NCBI RefSeq assembly: GCF_007671655.1
Contig: NZ_VCGX01000001.1
Coordinates: 613,917-653,916 of the forward strand
Source of the DNA: Marinobacter piscensis
GTDB lineage: Bacteria > Pseudomonadota > Gammaproteobacteria > Pseudomonadales > Oleiphilaceae
Reading direction: 5' to 3'
DNA: 40,000 bases
This document shows positions 6,725-14,498 of the stretch, piece after piece (the first letter of the stretch is position 1; each line of letters begins with the position of its first letter). The position numbers and the translations under genes were made by a program. A model generated the notes under the pieces. The model worked only from the letters and a program-made list of their open reading frames with translations, had not been told where the DNA came from and did not search any database.

Positions 6725-8269
6725 TCACACCTTGTCAGGTATAGCTGGCTTCCAGTTATGGGGCAATAACTCGTCGATAGCGTTGTTCTTCTGTGTCGGC
6801 AGGCGGGTCAGCACATCTTTGAGGTAGGCATAGGGATCATGCCCGTTCAGCTTGGCTGACTGGATCAGAGTCATGACCGCAGCAGCACGCTGACCGCTCC
6901 GTAGTGAGCCCGCGAACAGCCAGTTGCTGCGCCCCAGCGCCCAGGGTCGGATCTGGTTTTCCACCCAGTTGTTGTCGATGGGCACAGCACCATCGTCTAG
7001 GTAGCGCGTCAGCGCTGCCCACCGTTTGAGGCTGTAATCCAGGGCTTTGGCTGTGCCGGAGCCATCCGGCACTTTCTGTCGGTGGACCAGCATCCACTGA
7101 TGTAGCGCATCAGCAATGGGCCTGGCTTTGACTTCCCGGATTTCCTGCCGTTTGTCCGGCGGCAGGTCTTTGCTTTCCCGCTCGATCTCGTAGAGTCCGC
7201 CGATGTATTCCAGTGCTTTCGCAGCCAGTTCGCTCTTGTTGGCTTCGTGCAGGTCATAGAACTTGCGCCGGGCGTGGGCCATGCATCCGATTTCGGTGAT
7301 GCCGTTGCCGAACCCGGCTTTGTAGCCGGCATAATCGTCACAGACCAGCTTGCCCTGCCAGTCACCCAGGAAGGTGCGGGCGTGTTCGCCTGCACGGCTG
7401 GGGGCGAAGTCATAAACAGTGGCTTTCAGGTCCGAGAACGGTGTGGTGCAGTAGGCCCAGACATAGGCCTTGTGGGTTTTCTTCTTGCCCGGGGCCAGCA
7501 TGCTGACCGGGGTTTCATCGGCGTGCAGAACGCCGTGTTCCAGTAAGGTATTTCTCAACGCATCCGCCAAGGGCTGCAACTGCACACCGCAAGCACCGAC
7601 CCATTCGGTGAGCGTGGAACGTGGGATTTCGAGGCCAGCGCGACCGAAGATGCGTTCCTGACGGTACAGTGGTAGATGATCCGCGTATTTGGCCACCAGC
7701 ACTTGAGCCAGCAGGCCGGCAGTGGGAATGCCCTTATCGATCACCTGCGGTGGTACCGGTGCCTGGATCAGGGTTTCGCATTTGTCGCAGGCCCATTTGC
7801 CCCGGATATGGCGCTCCACCGTGAACTCGCCTGGTACGTAGTCGAGCTTCTCGCTGATGTCCTCACCAATACGCTTGAGCTGGCAGCCACACTGGCATTG
7901 GGTATTGTCAGGTTCGTGGTGGATCAGGGTGCGGGGCAGTTCCGGTGGTAGCGGGGTGCGCTTGGGCTTTTGCTTTGGCCGGGCAGCTTTCTGCTCCTCG
8001 GTCATCACCTGTTCAAGCTCGGCTTCGATGGCCGCCAGGTCGCTGTCGATCAGCTCGTCCAGCAGTTTTCCCTGGACTGCGTCCAGTTGCTCACTGCGAC
8101 GGGCGTACTTGTGACGTTTGAGGATGGCTACTTCGTGAGTCAGCTTCTCGATGACCGCATCACGGTGCACCAGAGCGCGCTCTTTGTTCTCGACTCGATC
8201 GAACAGTTCCGTGGCAAGAGCACGGAGCTGTTCGGCAGAGAGTTGGTCGAGATCGGGGCGCTGAGTCAT
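6725..8269 (-). CDS. tnpC: IS66-family transposase TnpC
   Basis: ...CxCGC...CxxC zinc-finger region and ...LVCDDYAGYKA...GCMAHARRKF...NWVENQIRP motifs are typical of IS66 TnpC. Start taken at ATG 8269; an alternative GTG lies at 8338. Confidence 0.85.
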   Translation of the reverse strand: MTQRPDLDQLSAEQLRALATELFDRVENKERALVHRDAVIEKLTHEVAILKRHKYARRSEQLDAVQGKLLDELIDSDLAAIEAELEQVMTEEQKAARPKQKPKRTPLPPELPRTLIHHEPDNTQCQCGCQLKRIGEDISEKLDYVPGEFTVERHIRGKWACDKCETLIQAPVPPQVIDKGIPTAGLLAQVLVAKYADHLPLYRQERIFGRAGLEIPRSTLTEWVGACGVQLQPLADALRNTLLEHGVLHADETPVSMLAPGKKKTHKAYVWAYCTTPFSDLKATVYDFAPSRAGEHARTFLGDWQGKLVCDDYAGYKAGFGNGITEIGCMAHARRKFYDLHEANKSELAAKALEYIGGLYEIERESKDLPPDKRQEIREVKARPIADALHQWMLVHRQKVPDGSGTAKALDYSLKRWAALTRYLDDGAVPIDNNWVENQIRPWALGRSNWLFAGSLRSGQRAAAVMTLIQSAKLNGHDPYAYLKDVLTRLPTQKNNAIDELLPHNWKPAIPDKV

Positions 8270-8344
8270 GTCGCCCAGTATGCCAAGTCCCTGTGCGGCA
8301 AGCGATTCGCGGTTCTGGCTATAGCGGCACCATGGCACTTGTGG

Positions 8345-8680
8345 TTACAGGATGGAGATGACCCCTTCCGCGCCAATGCGCTGCCAGGGCAGGCCCTGAA
8401 CCAAAGCGGATAACTGTTCTTCAGTCAGTCGCAGCTGGTCACCGCGCCAGGTTTCGCCCCAGTGGAACTTGCCCCGGTTCAGCCGGCGGGCACAGAGCCA
8501 GATACCGAGGCCATCGTGGATTAGCACTTTCATCCGGTTGCCCCGTTTGTTGGCAAACAGGTAGGCGCAATGGGGTCTGGCCGAACCAAACACCTGGATG
8601 ACTCGCGCCAGCGCCTTGTCCGGCCCCGCCCGCATATCCAGCGGCTCAGTGGCCAGCCAGATCTCATCGATGCGGATCAT
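8345..8680 (-). CDS. tnpB: IS66 Orf2 (TnpB)
   Basis: MIRIDEIWLATEPLDMRAGPDKALARVIQVFG...AYLFANKRGNRMKVLIHDGLGIWLCARRLNRGKFHW. ATGA overlap with the tnpA stop. Confidence 0.85.
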   Translation of the reverse strand: MIRIDEIWLATEPLDMRAGPDKALARVIQVFGSARPHCAYLFANKRGNRMKVLIHDGLGIWLCARRLNRGKFHWGETWRGDQLRLTEEQLSALVQGLPWQRIGAEGVISIL

Positions 8681-9054
8681 CCCAGCAGGTCCCGCAGTAA
8701 CACTGCACACTGATGGGCCTGCTCCACCGGCCACTCAACCACCACCGCGCCACCGGCGCGGGGAATCTCGATGCGGATGGTGCTACGCTTATTCAAAGCT
8801 GATTGGTTGCCAGATGCAGAAGATGCTGGTGGCAAGTTGACCGGCACGAACCCCGATGTTTTCGAGGGTACTTTATCCGCTCGGTGCGCCTCACTGATCC
8901 AGCGCCGAACCATGTTGGCGTTGAGGCCATTATCCAGAGAGATTCGAGAGACGGATGCGCCAGGCTCTTGGCACTGGGCAACAATCTCGGCTTTGAATTC
9001 CCGGGAAAACCGGCGACGTTTTTGGTAGGGCTTGGTTACGCTTAATTCGTTCAT
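8677..9054 (-). CDS. tnpA: IS66 Orf1 (TnpA, HTH)
   Basis: ...RRRFSREFKAEIVAQCQEPGASVSRISLDNGLNANMVRRWI... It is preceded by a 10-bp-arm palindrome, AGTGTCCACT-N8-AGTGGACACT, at about 9058-9085. Confidence 0.8.
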   Translation of the reverse strand: MNELSVTKPYQKRRRFSREFKAEIVAQCQEPGASVSRISLDNGLNANMVRRWISEAHRADKVPSKTSGFVPVNLPPASSASGNQSALNKRSTIRIEIPRAGGAVVVEWPVEQAHQCAVLLRDLLG

Positions 9055-9136
9055 GTTAAGTGTCCACTATAAAATAAGTGGACACTATCCTGACGGCGGC
9101 AGCGCTTGGCTCAAGATGGGATTACCGGCCGCTTAC

Positions 9137-9536
9137 AGAAGTGCTGCCGTTTACGAACAATGAAACTCTCATAGTCACGATCTTTTGCTTTTACCAATAG
9201 ATAGCAGGACCAGCCGCCACTCCGGCCTATGGATATGGACCAGAAACGTTCTATTTGTTCTGGAGTCAGTGAGACTAACTGCCCACTCTTCTGCTCCAGA
9301 GTTACCCCGCTCTCGCCGTATGCGATAGTCCCAAACTTACTGTTAAGCGAGTTATATTCCCAGTATAAAAGCGCCGAGGCTGCACACAGAGCCCAGAAAA
9401 GCTTCAGTAGAGACCCTCTACGCTTGTGGTAGCTGTAGACGAATGCGAAGGGAATGAGCCAAAAATAAAAGCGCAACATTCCTAAGCCTACGTAAAAAAC
9501 ATTTTCCGAAAAGCTATATGCGTACTCGATTTCCAT
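9137..9536 (-). pseudogene. 5' part of a cassette gene (2-TM membrane protein) disrupted by IS66
   Basis: The ORF from ATG 9536 runs into the IS right end at 9136. It has two N-terminal hydrophobic helices followed by a soluble domain. The 3' end is at 6655-6709. Confidence 0.75.
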
Positions 9537-9544
9537 ATCAATTT

Positions 9545-9623
9545 AAACGCTTGCAGCATGCGCGCCCACGAAATGGAGCCGAAGGCGCAATGTAGTGGGC
9601 GTCGCCGTGCCTGCACTGGTTAA
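9545..9623 (-). repeat. attC site, class A
   Basis: AAACGCTTGCAGCATGCGCGCCCACGAAATGGAGCCGAAGGCGCAATGTAGTGGGCGTCGCCGTGCCTGCACTGGTTAA. Confidence 0.9.
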
Positions 9624-10021
9624 ATGTCGTCACGCCATTCTCTGTGCTTGCGCACACCTTCGTACTCAAGCCATGGTGCGTCATGTGAAACCCAAATATG
9701 AGCCTCTGGCCTCAATTCAGGGTCAACGTCCAAAGTAGCTACCCGAACAATTACATGTGCCTGCGCCCGCCTCTCTGCCACCAAATGAGACCCACAGCAT
9801 TTGCAGAAATGACGCAACTTCCCCGGCGAGGACTCGAACGTTGAAATGGAACTTGCACCCTTGAGCCATCGGAAATTCTCGCGCTTTACGCCAGCCGTAG
9901 AGGCAAAAGGAGCAGCGTGGGATTTACGACAAGTTTGGCAGTGGCAATGCACAATGGGCATATCCACAGAGTCTATTTCGTAACTTATCTCACCACACAA
10001 ACAGCTTCCCTTCAGCCCCAT
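9620..10021 (-). CDS. GFA-family (glutathione-dependent formaldehyde-activating / CENP-V-like) zinc protein
   Basis: The 133-aa protein MGLKGSCLCGEISYEI...HCHCQTCRKSHAAPF...FCKCCGSHL has the GFA cysteine pattern. The upstream part of the 218-aa track ORF is attC read-through. Confidence 0.75.
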   Translation of the reverse strand: MGLKGSCLCGEISYEIDSVDMPIVHCHCQTCRKSHAAPFASTAGVKRENFRWLKGASSISTFESSPGKLRHFCKCCGSHLVAERRAQAHVIVRVATLDVDPELRPEAHIWVSHDAPWLEYEGVRKHREWRDDI

Positions 10022-10044
10022 GAGGGGATCTCCTTCTGTACATT

Positions 10045-10123
10045 TAACGCTTGCAGCATGCGCGCCTGCGGAATGGAGCCGAAGGCGCAATGTAGTAGGC
10101 GTCGCCGTGCCTGCACTTGTTAA
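10045..10123 (-). repeat. attC site, class A (identical copy at 18777-18855)
   Basis: Class A sequence, variant ...CGCGCCTGCGGAATGG...TAGTAGGCG...CACTTGTTAA. Confidence 0.9.
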
Positions 10124-10446
10124 CCATACTTGATGGCTAGCAAAGTTGCCGACACCAACGCTGCAGTGATGAACGGCACCAAAAATGTGAGCAAGGAGAC
10201 TCGATACTCTTTTACCGACTGATAAACCCAATAAGCAGCAATGAAGAAACAAGCCACGCCTACACCGTGGGCCCACTTGCCCGAAAACTCTGCAAGCTCC
10301 AAGCGCCCGGGAAGTGTCATATTGTCAAAATAAAAAGCCACCACGCCGGCAATTACGAACACGAAGCAGAGCAAGCCATTAATTACCGATAAACTCCGAC
10401 GGTAGTGGCCTGACTCTCTAATGACCGGATCAAACTTCCACAACAC
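10120..10446 (-). CDS. Small membrane protein (cassette gene, copy 1 of 2)
   Basis: Three predicted hydrophobic segments (LLCFVFVIAGVVAFYF, VGVACFFIAAYWVY, LLTFLVPFITAALVSATLLAI). The start is probably GTG/TTG at 10443-10446 after GGAGAG; the ATG at 10485 lies inside the attC. Confidence 0.55.
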   Translation of the reverse strand: MLWKFDPVIRESGHYRRSLSVINGLLCFVFVIAGVVAFYFDNMTLPGRLELAEFSGKWAHGVGVACFFIAAYWVYQSVKEYRVSLLTFLVPFITAALVSATLLAIKYG

Positions 10447-10472
10447 ACAGCTCTCCAAGTTGCCAAAGTGGT

Positions 10473-10545
10473 TAACGCCCGCCATAAACGGCGCGAGGAA
10501 CGAGCGTCCGGCGACCGCAGGGAGCGAATTTAATGGCTTTGTTAC
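10473..10545 (-). repeat. attC site (non-class-A)
   Basis: TAACGCCCGCCATAAACGGCGCG...GAATTTAATGGCTTTGTTAC. Confidence 0.75.
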
Positions 10546-10910
10546 GTGTCATCGCTGGATGAAACCAGGTGGATGATATTCGATGGGCTAGATATCCAGA
10601 ACGCCTTAAACCCATTCGGTAGCGGCTCGATCTCGTCCCTACGGTGACAGCCTTGCTCTTTAAGGTATTCAGAGGCTTTACCAATATCACTAGCAACGAC
10701 TTCTAACCAAATTTCAGACTGACTCAAACCTGGCATGCAGTCGAGCCAAAGCACTTTGTCGCCAAACTCAAACCTCGGGGTATCGCCTGCACCGTTTCCG
10801 GTGATTTCTTTGAATCGCAAGACCTCTCGGTAGAAACGGACGGTATTTTCGTACTCGTGCGCAGGAATTTTCATCGCAATGTTTTTGCCTGGCTCAAACT
10901 CTAAATCCAT
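10542..10910 (-). CDS. VOC-family (glyoxalase/bleomycin-resistance fold) protein
   Basis: The 122-aa protein MDLEFEPGKNIAMKIPAHEYENTVRFYREVLRFKEI...LWLDCMP...EIWLEVV... has the typical size and pattern of a single-domain VOC protein. Confidence 0.6.
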   Translation of the reverse strand: MDLEFEPGKNIAMKIPAHEYENTVRFYREVLRFKEITGNGAGDTPRFEFGDKVLWLDCMPGLSQSEIWLEVVASDIGKASEYLKEQGCHRRDEIEPLPNGFKAFWISSPSNIIHLVSSSDDT

Positions 10911-10937
10911 GAACAGATCCTTAACTTGGGAGACACG

Positions 10938-11016
10938 TAACGCTTGCAGCATGCGCGCCCACGAAATGGAGCCGAAGGCGCAATGCAGTGGGCGTCGCCG
11001 TGCCTGCATTGGTTAG
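10938..11016 (-). repeat. attC site, class A
   Basis: Class A sequence, ending ...CTGCATTGGTTAG. Confidence 0.9.
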
Positions 11017-11570
11017 GCTTTTGCGTCCCACTGTTCTCGTCGTAACCGGTAAAGCACATGAGGCCGCAACAGGCTTCCTTTGGGCAAGCTGGGGTGCTCA
11101 AACTCGCCACTGTACTTCATCCCTATTCGCTCCATGACTCGACGCGAGCGCTGATTGCCAACCGTGGTAAAAGAGACAATCTCAGGAAGCTCTAAATGTT
11201 GAAACGCAACATGCAGTGCACCACGAGCAGCCTCTGATGCATAGCCTTTACCCCAATGAGCTAACGATAACCGCCAACCAATCTCGACACACGGAGAAAA
11301 AGGCAGCGTTGCAGTGGGTACGTGTAGCCCACAAAAACCAATAAACGGCTCAGCACCCTTGGCCTCGACTGCCCAGAATCCCCAACCGCGCTCCATAATG
11401 AGTGAACGAATTTTCTTTGCCATCTCGTCACTTGCTTGGCAACTCAGCGGTTCAGGAAAATACTCCATAACCTGTGGGTCGGCGTTCAAAGCCGCGAACG
11501 GCTCGAAATCGCTTTCTTGCCATTGCCGCAGACGCAACCGGTCGGTTTCAAATCCTATCAACTCTGCCAT
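11013..11570 (-). CDS. GNAT-family N-acetyltransferase (RimJ/RimL-like)
   Basis: The 185-aa protein MAELIGFETDRLRLRQWQESDFEPFAALNADPQVMEYF...GWRLSLAHWGKGYASEAARGAL has classic RimJ-like GNAT motifs. Confidence 0.8.
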   Translation of the reverse strand: MAELIGFETDRLRLRQWQESDFEPFAALNADPQVMEYFPEPLSCQASDEMAKKIRSLIMERGWGFWAVEAKGAEPFIGFCGLHVPTATLPFSPCVEIGWRLSLAHWGKGYASEAARGALHVAFQHLELPEIVSFTTVGNQRSRRVMERIGMKYSGEFEHPSLPKGSLLRPHVLYRLRREQWDAKA

Positions 11571-11597
11571 GGCAGGATGTGCCTTAGTTCTGAAGCC

Positions 11598-11670
11598 TAA
11601 CGCTGAGCACAGCGGCGGCCCGACAGGGGCGTCCGGCGGCCGTAGGCCGCGTACTGCTGCGGTTTGTTAT
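11598..11670 (-). repeat. attC site (GGCGTCCGG class)
   Basis: TAACGCTGAGCACAGCGGCGGCC...GGGGCGTCCGGCGGCC...GCGGTTTGTTAT. Confidence 0.8.
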
Positions 11671-11675
11671 GGTAT

Positions 11676-11981
11676 TTAGCGGCTACTGGCAAGGTCAGCA
11701 TGTTCCTGCAACTCGGCAGAAATGAATGCTGAAATCATGGCCCGATAGACCGATTCTGTGACTTCGGGATTGCCACCAACCTCTGCCGCAAGCGTTCTGA
11801 CTTTAGTAATAACTTGCTCAACTCGCTGAGGCGCTTTCACGTCATCAGTGGTCTTTTTAAAGCGCGCAGCCTGTTTAACGAAACCACCACGCTTGGCAAG
11901 TAGCCTAACAATTTCCCTATCGATCGAATCAACATTTGCGCGCACTTCATCTATAGATGTACAAACCACTTGCGTGTTCAA
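11676..11981 (-). CDS. Chorismate mutase (AroQ class, monofunctional)
   Basis: ...SIDEVRANVDSIDREIVRLLAKRGGFVKQAARFKKTTDDVKAPQRVEQVI... is the AroQ helical pattern. A TTG start at 11981 is preceded by TAAGGAG at 5 nt; the upstream ATG lies inside the attC. Confidence 0.65.
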   Translation of the reverse strand: MNTQVVCTSIDEVRANVDSIDREIVRLLAKRGGFVKQAARFKKTTDDVKAPQRVEQVITKVRTLAAEVGGNPEVTESVYRAMISAFISAELQEHADLASSR

Positions 11982-12005
11982 AATATTCTCCTTAGTTAAC
12001 GACCA

Positions 12006-12084
12006 TAACGCTTGCAGCATGCGCGCCTGTGAAATGGAGCCGAAGGCGCAATGTAATGGGCGTCGCCGTGCCTGCATTTGTTAG
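12006..12084 (-). repeat. attC site, class A
   Basis: Class A sequence, variant ...GCCTGTGAAATGG...GTAATGGGCG...GCATTTGTTAG. Confidence 0.9.
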
Positions 12085-12665
12085 AGTTGACCTTTACTGT
12101 ACGTTAGATGTTCAACTACATATCCAAGCTCAGATTGCGTAACCAGAAGCTCAACTTCTATTCTCCGATCAGGAAGAAAATTATACGTCTGCTCAGAAAT
12201 ACAGTAAAAAAACAAACGGCGGCTAAACGCCTCAAACTCTAATCGATGCCGACAACCCCACCCTCGCCGACTAGCTCTCGATTGCTTTTTTACTTCAGCA
12301 ATCAAAGTAGCATCTTCACCAAAAATTTCTGTAAACAACTTTGGAACGAAAAACGCCGAATTCACCCAAAATAACCAAAAAAGGAATACAGGTAATCCGA
12401 GAAGTAACGCAAACCCTTTTAACCCCTTGGCGAAGAGACTGGATTCTCTGAATGAACAAAAAACTCCCTTTACATATAAAATCCAATAAATAGCGCACAA
12501 AAACAAAATTAGGCCTAACGATATATATACCGACCACTCAGACACTACAGGATCAACCACAAAATCATGTGAAAACGACGAAAAAATTAATCCAATACTG
12601 GATACCGCTGTAACCAAACCTAAAATTATATGATCTAACGAATAATTTTTTCTCGTTATAGTCAT
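12081..12665 (-). CDS. Hypothetical membrane protein (cassette gene)
   Basis: ATG at 12665 after AAGAAAGG. About 4 hydrophobic helices followed by a roughly 80-aa soluble tail. AT-rich. Confidence 0.55.
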   Translation of the reverse strand: MTITRKNYSLDHIILGLVTAVSSIGLIFSSFSHDFVVDPVVSEWSVYISLGLILFLCAIYWILYVKGVFCSFRESSLFAKGLKGFALLLGLPVFLFWLFWVNSAFFVPKLFTEIFGEDATLIAEVKKQSRASRRGWGCRHRLEFEAFSRRLFFYCISEQTYNFLPDRRIEVELLVTQSELGYVVEHLTYSKGQL

Positions 12666-12685
12666 CACCAGCCTTTCTTAAACTC

Positions 12686-12741
12686 TAACGCCAGCATCAG
12701 CCGGCGCGCTATTCGCGCGCGCGGCTGAATGCCATCGTTAG
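12686..12741 (-). repeat. attC site (short, 56 bp)
   Basis: TAACGCCAGCATCAGCCGGCGCGC...GCGCGCGCGGCTGAATGCCATCGTTAG. Confidence 0.75.
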
Positions 12742-12796
12742 GCGATTGATCGTGTGTTGATTCTTTGCCTGGAAAAATAATTTCAACCAGCCCCCT

Positions 12797-13549
12797 TTAA
12801 TTCTTTAATTGCAGGGTGCGAAACGCCGCTTCGATGAATAACGCCTGGTTGAGAAACGGATTTTTACTGAATAGGTCGCCGGATGTCACTCGATCAATCA
12901 GTGACTGGCGCGGATTGCTAGTGTCTGTATTGGGTAAGTTAGCTGATGATTGGGGAATAAACTTGCCTGCATTCTCACTTGGCTCATGCACTAAATAGAT
13001 TGTACCTGAAGCAATAGCGGCTTGGCGTCGTCGGTCACTGGCAAGTAACCCGGCTGCCAGTTCAACATCATCAGCATCGAGGTTGTTCTCTACAGCATAA
13101 TCATACGCAGCTTCCAACGCTTCTCTGTCGCTTTCCGATAAAAAATCAAAGACATTTCCACTATCAGATGAAGGGTTAGGTCTTGGTATCGTTTCACGAA
13201 TGTTGTGTTCTTGCTGCAAGGCATTTCTCAACGCTTGGCCATCTATATCAATTTCGGCATTGGCTGTGACCATGCTAACGGCTTGGTCAAGCAACGCTTG
13301 GCCTCTTGCTATGGGAAGGTAACTGGGCCCAAGTTCTTGGCGTAAAAACTCGTTCGCGCCTTGCATCAATAGGCTTATAGAATGACCACGGGCGCTAATC
13401 TTCACGGCTGAATTAGTAGTATTGCTGATCCGAGAGCCGGAGCTAGTTGCATTCTCTGAATTCGTTCTATCCTTGGAATTAGCAACGGAGGTATCTGATT
13501 GTGATGCGCTTTGGGCTGAGCTGTTAATAAGTCCAGTGATGATATCCAT
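12797..13549 (-). CDS. Hypothetical protein with S/T/N-rich low-complexity N-terminus (cassette gene)
   Basis: 250 aa from the ATG at 13549, preceded by GGAGGA at 8 nt. No recognisable family. Confidence 0.55.
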   Translation of the reverse strand: MDIITGLINSSAQSASQSDTSVANSKDRTNSENATSSGSRISNTTNSAVKISARGHSISLLMQGANEFLRQELGPSYLPIARGQALLDQAVSMVTANAEIDIDGQALRNALQQEHNIRETIPRPNPSSDSGNVFDFLSESDREALEAAYDYAVENNLDADDVELAAGLLASDRRRQAAIASGTIYLVHEPSENAGKFIPQSSANLPNTDTSNPRQSLIDRVTSGDLFSKNPFLNQALFIEAAFRTLQLKN

Positions 13550-13583
13550 GCTGCATTTCCTCCTTATGACAAAGGGGTAATCT

Positions 13584-13612
13584 ATCATATTGTATTACAT
13601 CAGTAGCTGTAA
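13584..13612 (-). promoter_or_regulatory. Candidate cassette-internal sigma70 promoter
   Basis: Minus strand reads TTACAG-17 nt-TATGAT, about 35 nt upstream of the 13549 start. Confidence 0.35.
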
Positions 13613-13655
13613 TCCACTCTTACTGTATCCGCTGGACACCAGAACAACCACGCCC

Positions 13656-13734
13656 TAACGCTTGCAGCATGCGCGCCTTCGGAATGGAGCCGAAGGCGCA
13701 ATGTAGTAGGCGTCGCCGTGCCTGCACTGGTTAG
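13656..13734 (-). repeat. attC site, class A
   Basis: Class A sequence, variant ...GCGCCTTCGGAATGG. Confidence 0.9.
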
Positions 13735-14153
13735 GCATTCGACACCGTGGCAGATGCGACATACGCTAGCCCAACCATACCGAGAATAAAACAACCAAAA
13801 CCGATAGCCGCAAGAGTCCAAATTAACGATTCACACCAGCCTGGGCCATTTGGAGCATCGTGCCGATTCCCTTCTATATTTTTCCGCCACCTTTCTCCAA
13901 AGGCGTAATCCCTGCCAATGATCGCAACGAGGGATGAGGCTAGGCTCAGGATGGATATAAAGAGACCCCACCAAGATGCTTGCAGAATAGGAATGAGATC
14001 CTCAGATAGCAGTGCACGTGAAGAGCCACTGAAGAAGCCGATGGAGACGGCCAGCGAACCGCCGGCCAGTACGAAAATTGCTCGCACCAATGAATCTGCA
14101 CGACCCCGAAGGTCGGCCTGATGTGCGTTAAACTGCTCATTCTCGTCTGCCAT
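13731..14153 (-). CDS. Hypothetical membrane protein (cassette gene)
   Basis: 140 aa from the ATG at 14153, with three hydrophobic helices. The stop lies in the attC core. Confidence 0.55.
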   Translation of the reverse strand: MADENEQFNAHQADLRGRADSLVRAIFVLAGGSLAVSIGFFSGSSRALLSEDLIPILQASWWGLFISILSLASSLVAIIGRDYAFGERWRKNIEGNRHDAPNGPGWCESLIWTLAAIGFGCFILGMVGLAYVASATVSNA

Positions 14154-14165
14154 AGTTTTACTGCC

Positions 14166-14209
14166 TAACGCCCGCAATCACGCGCTTGTCGCGTGGATTG
14201 CATTGTTAT
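14166..14209 (-). repeat. attC site (very short)
   Basis: TAACGCCCGCAATCACGCGCTTGTCGCGTGGATTGCATTGTTAT; the cores plus CAATCACGCG/CGCGTGGATTG pairing. Confidence 0.6.
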
Positions 14210-14226
14210 GCCACCTAGATCAAAAT

Positions 14227-14243
14227 GTACCAATTATTGGTAC
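14227..14243. promoter_or_regulatory. Perfect palindrome upstream of parDE (candidate operator)
   Basis: GTACCAAT-T-ATTGGTAC, 16 nt upstream of the parD start. It is nested in an outer repeat, GCCACCT...AGGTGGC. Confidence 0.4.
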
Positions 14244-14258
14244 TAGCGAGGTGGCATC

Positions 14259-14498
14259 GTGCAAAAGAACACCAGCATCACTTTAGGCCAACATTTTGAT
14301 GCGTTCATTGCAGAGCAGCTCAAAAATGGCCGATACAGCTCAACCAGCGAAGTTGTTCGGGCAGGATTGCGCCTGCTCGAAGAATCTGAGACTCGCCTGA
14401 CTACGCTCCGCAAACTGCTTAAGGAAGGCGAGGAAAGTGGTTTCGAAGACTACTCCTATGACTCGTTTATTCGTGAACTCGACAACGAAGGGCGCTGA
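14259..14498 (+). CDS. parD: ParD-family antitoxin
   Basis: (GTG)QKNTSITLGQHFDAFIAEQLKNGRYSSTSEVVRAGLRLLEESE... is the ParD (COG3609) pattern. Its stop overlaps the parE ATG. Confidence 0.8.
   Translation: MQKNTSITLGQHFDAFIAEQLKNGRYSSTSEVVRAGLRLLEESETRLTTLRKLLKEGEESGFEDYSYDSFIRELDNEGR

Larger units (their letters stand above)
6710..9136 (-). mobile_element. IS66-family insertion sequence (2427 bp) with 8-bp target site duplication
   Basis: Terminal inverted repeats are GTAAGCGGCCGGT(G/A)ATC... at 6710 and 9136 (inverted). AGAAGTGC is duplicated at 6702-6709 and 9137-9144. The interior carries tnpA-tnpB-tnpC. Confidence 0.9.

Noticed and set aside
7009-8840. Multiple ORFs overlapping the IS66 genes on both strands (for example 7009-7413, 7247-7546, 7970-8413, 8598-8840).
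   Set aside because: They are fully nested in or antisense to the well-supported tnpA/tnpB/tnpC frames, and their translations have no recognisable features.
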